Origin: Mobula hypostoma
Lineage: Eukaryota
Assembly (NCBI RefSeq): GCF_963921235.1
Contig: NC_086107.1
Span: 108,564,001-108,628,000, forward strand
DNA length: 64,000 nucleotides
Reading direction: 5' to 3'
Numbering within the stretch: position 1 is the stretch's first letter; each line of letters begins with the position of its first letter. Made by a program: the position numbers and the translations under genes. The notes below the pieces were generated by a model. It was not told where the DNA came from and searched no databases. It worked only from the letters and a program-made list of their open reading frames with translations. Positions 63,676 through 64,000 of the stretch are shown in pieces.

Positions 63676-64000
63676 ATATAAGTATATAAGCTAATCATAT
63701 GGATTTATATTTATAGTGTTTTCTTATTGTGCCTTTATGCCTATGGTTTTTTTTATGCTGGATAAGATCTGGAGTTACTACCATTTCAGTCTCCTTTACA
63801 CTTGTGTGCTGAAGAATCACAATAAATAATCTTGAATTGTCAATCTTGAATAAGACATAGGAGCAGAATTAGGCCATTCAGCCCTCTCAATCATGGGTAA
63901 TATACCATCCCTCTCAACGAATTCTCCTTCCTTCTCCCTGTAACCCTTGGTGTTCTTTGTTAGAGTAAGTTTTTTTGGGGTAGATGATTTGTTTACACTT

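Overview
This is a repeat-dense, apparently gene-poor stretch of vertebrate nuclear DNA. The repeat set (HE1/V-SINEs, CR1/HER1-like and Rex1-like LINE tails, DeuSINE remnants) points to a cartilaginous fish, probably a ray; that is inference. No host protein-coding gene could be identified. The long ORFs at 42.1-45.0 kb are artefacts of a stop-free 33-bp minisatellite. The window holds nested fragments of CR1, Rex1/Babar, L1, RTE, an RLE-encoding (HERO-like) LINE, Gypsy/solo LTRs, Tc1, mariner, pogo/Tigger, hAT and Chapaev3-like transposons. The most notable hidden layer is RNA structure. About 15-20 Penelope-like element (PLE) 3' ends carry minimal type-I hammerhead ribozyme motifs, one intact at 32786-32821. 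Some form TSD-flanked palindromic double-hammerhead elements, and one sits in the hammerhead core of an older copy. Other candidates are an HDV-like fold in an RTE-type 5' UTR, a pseudoknotted HERO 3' UTR, a DeuSINE-derived hairpin minisatellite, and a 501-bp GC-rich TSD-flanked insert with a (GACT)n tail. All repeat assignments come from motif recognition, not database searches, and most boundaries are approximate.
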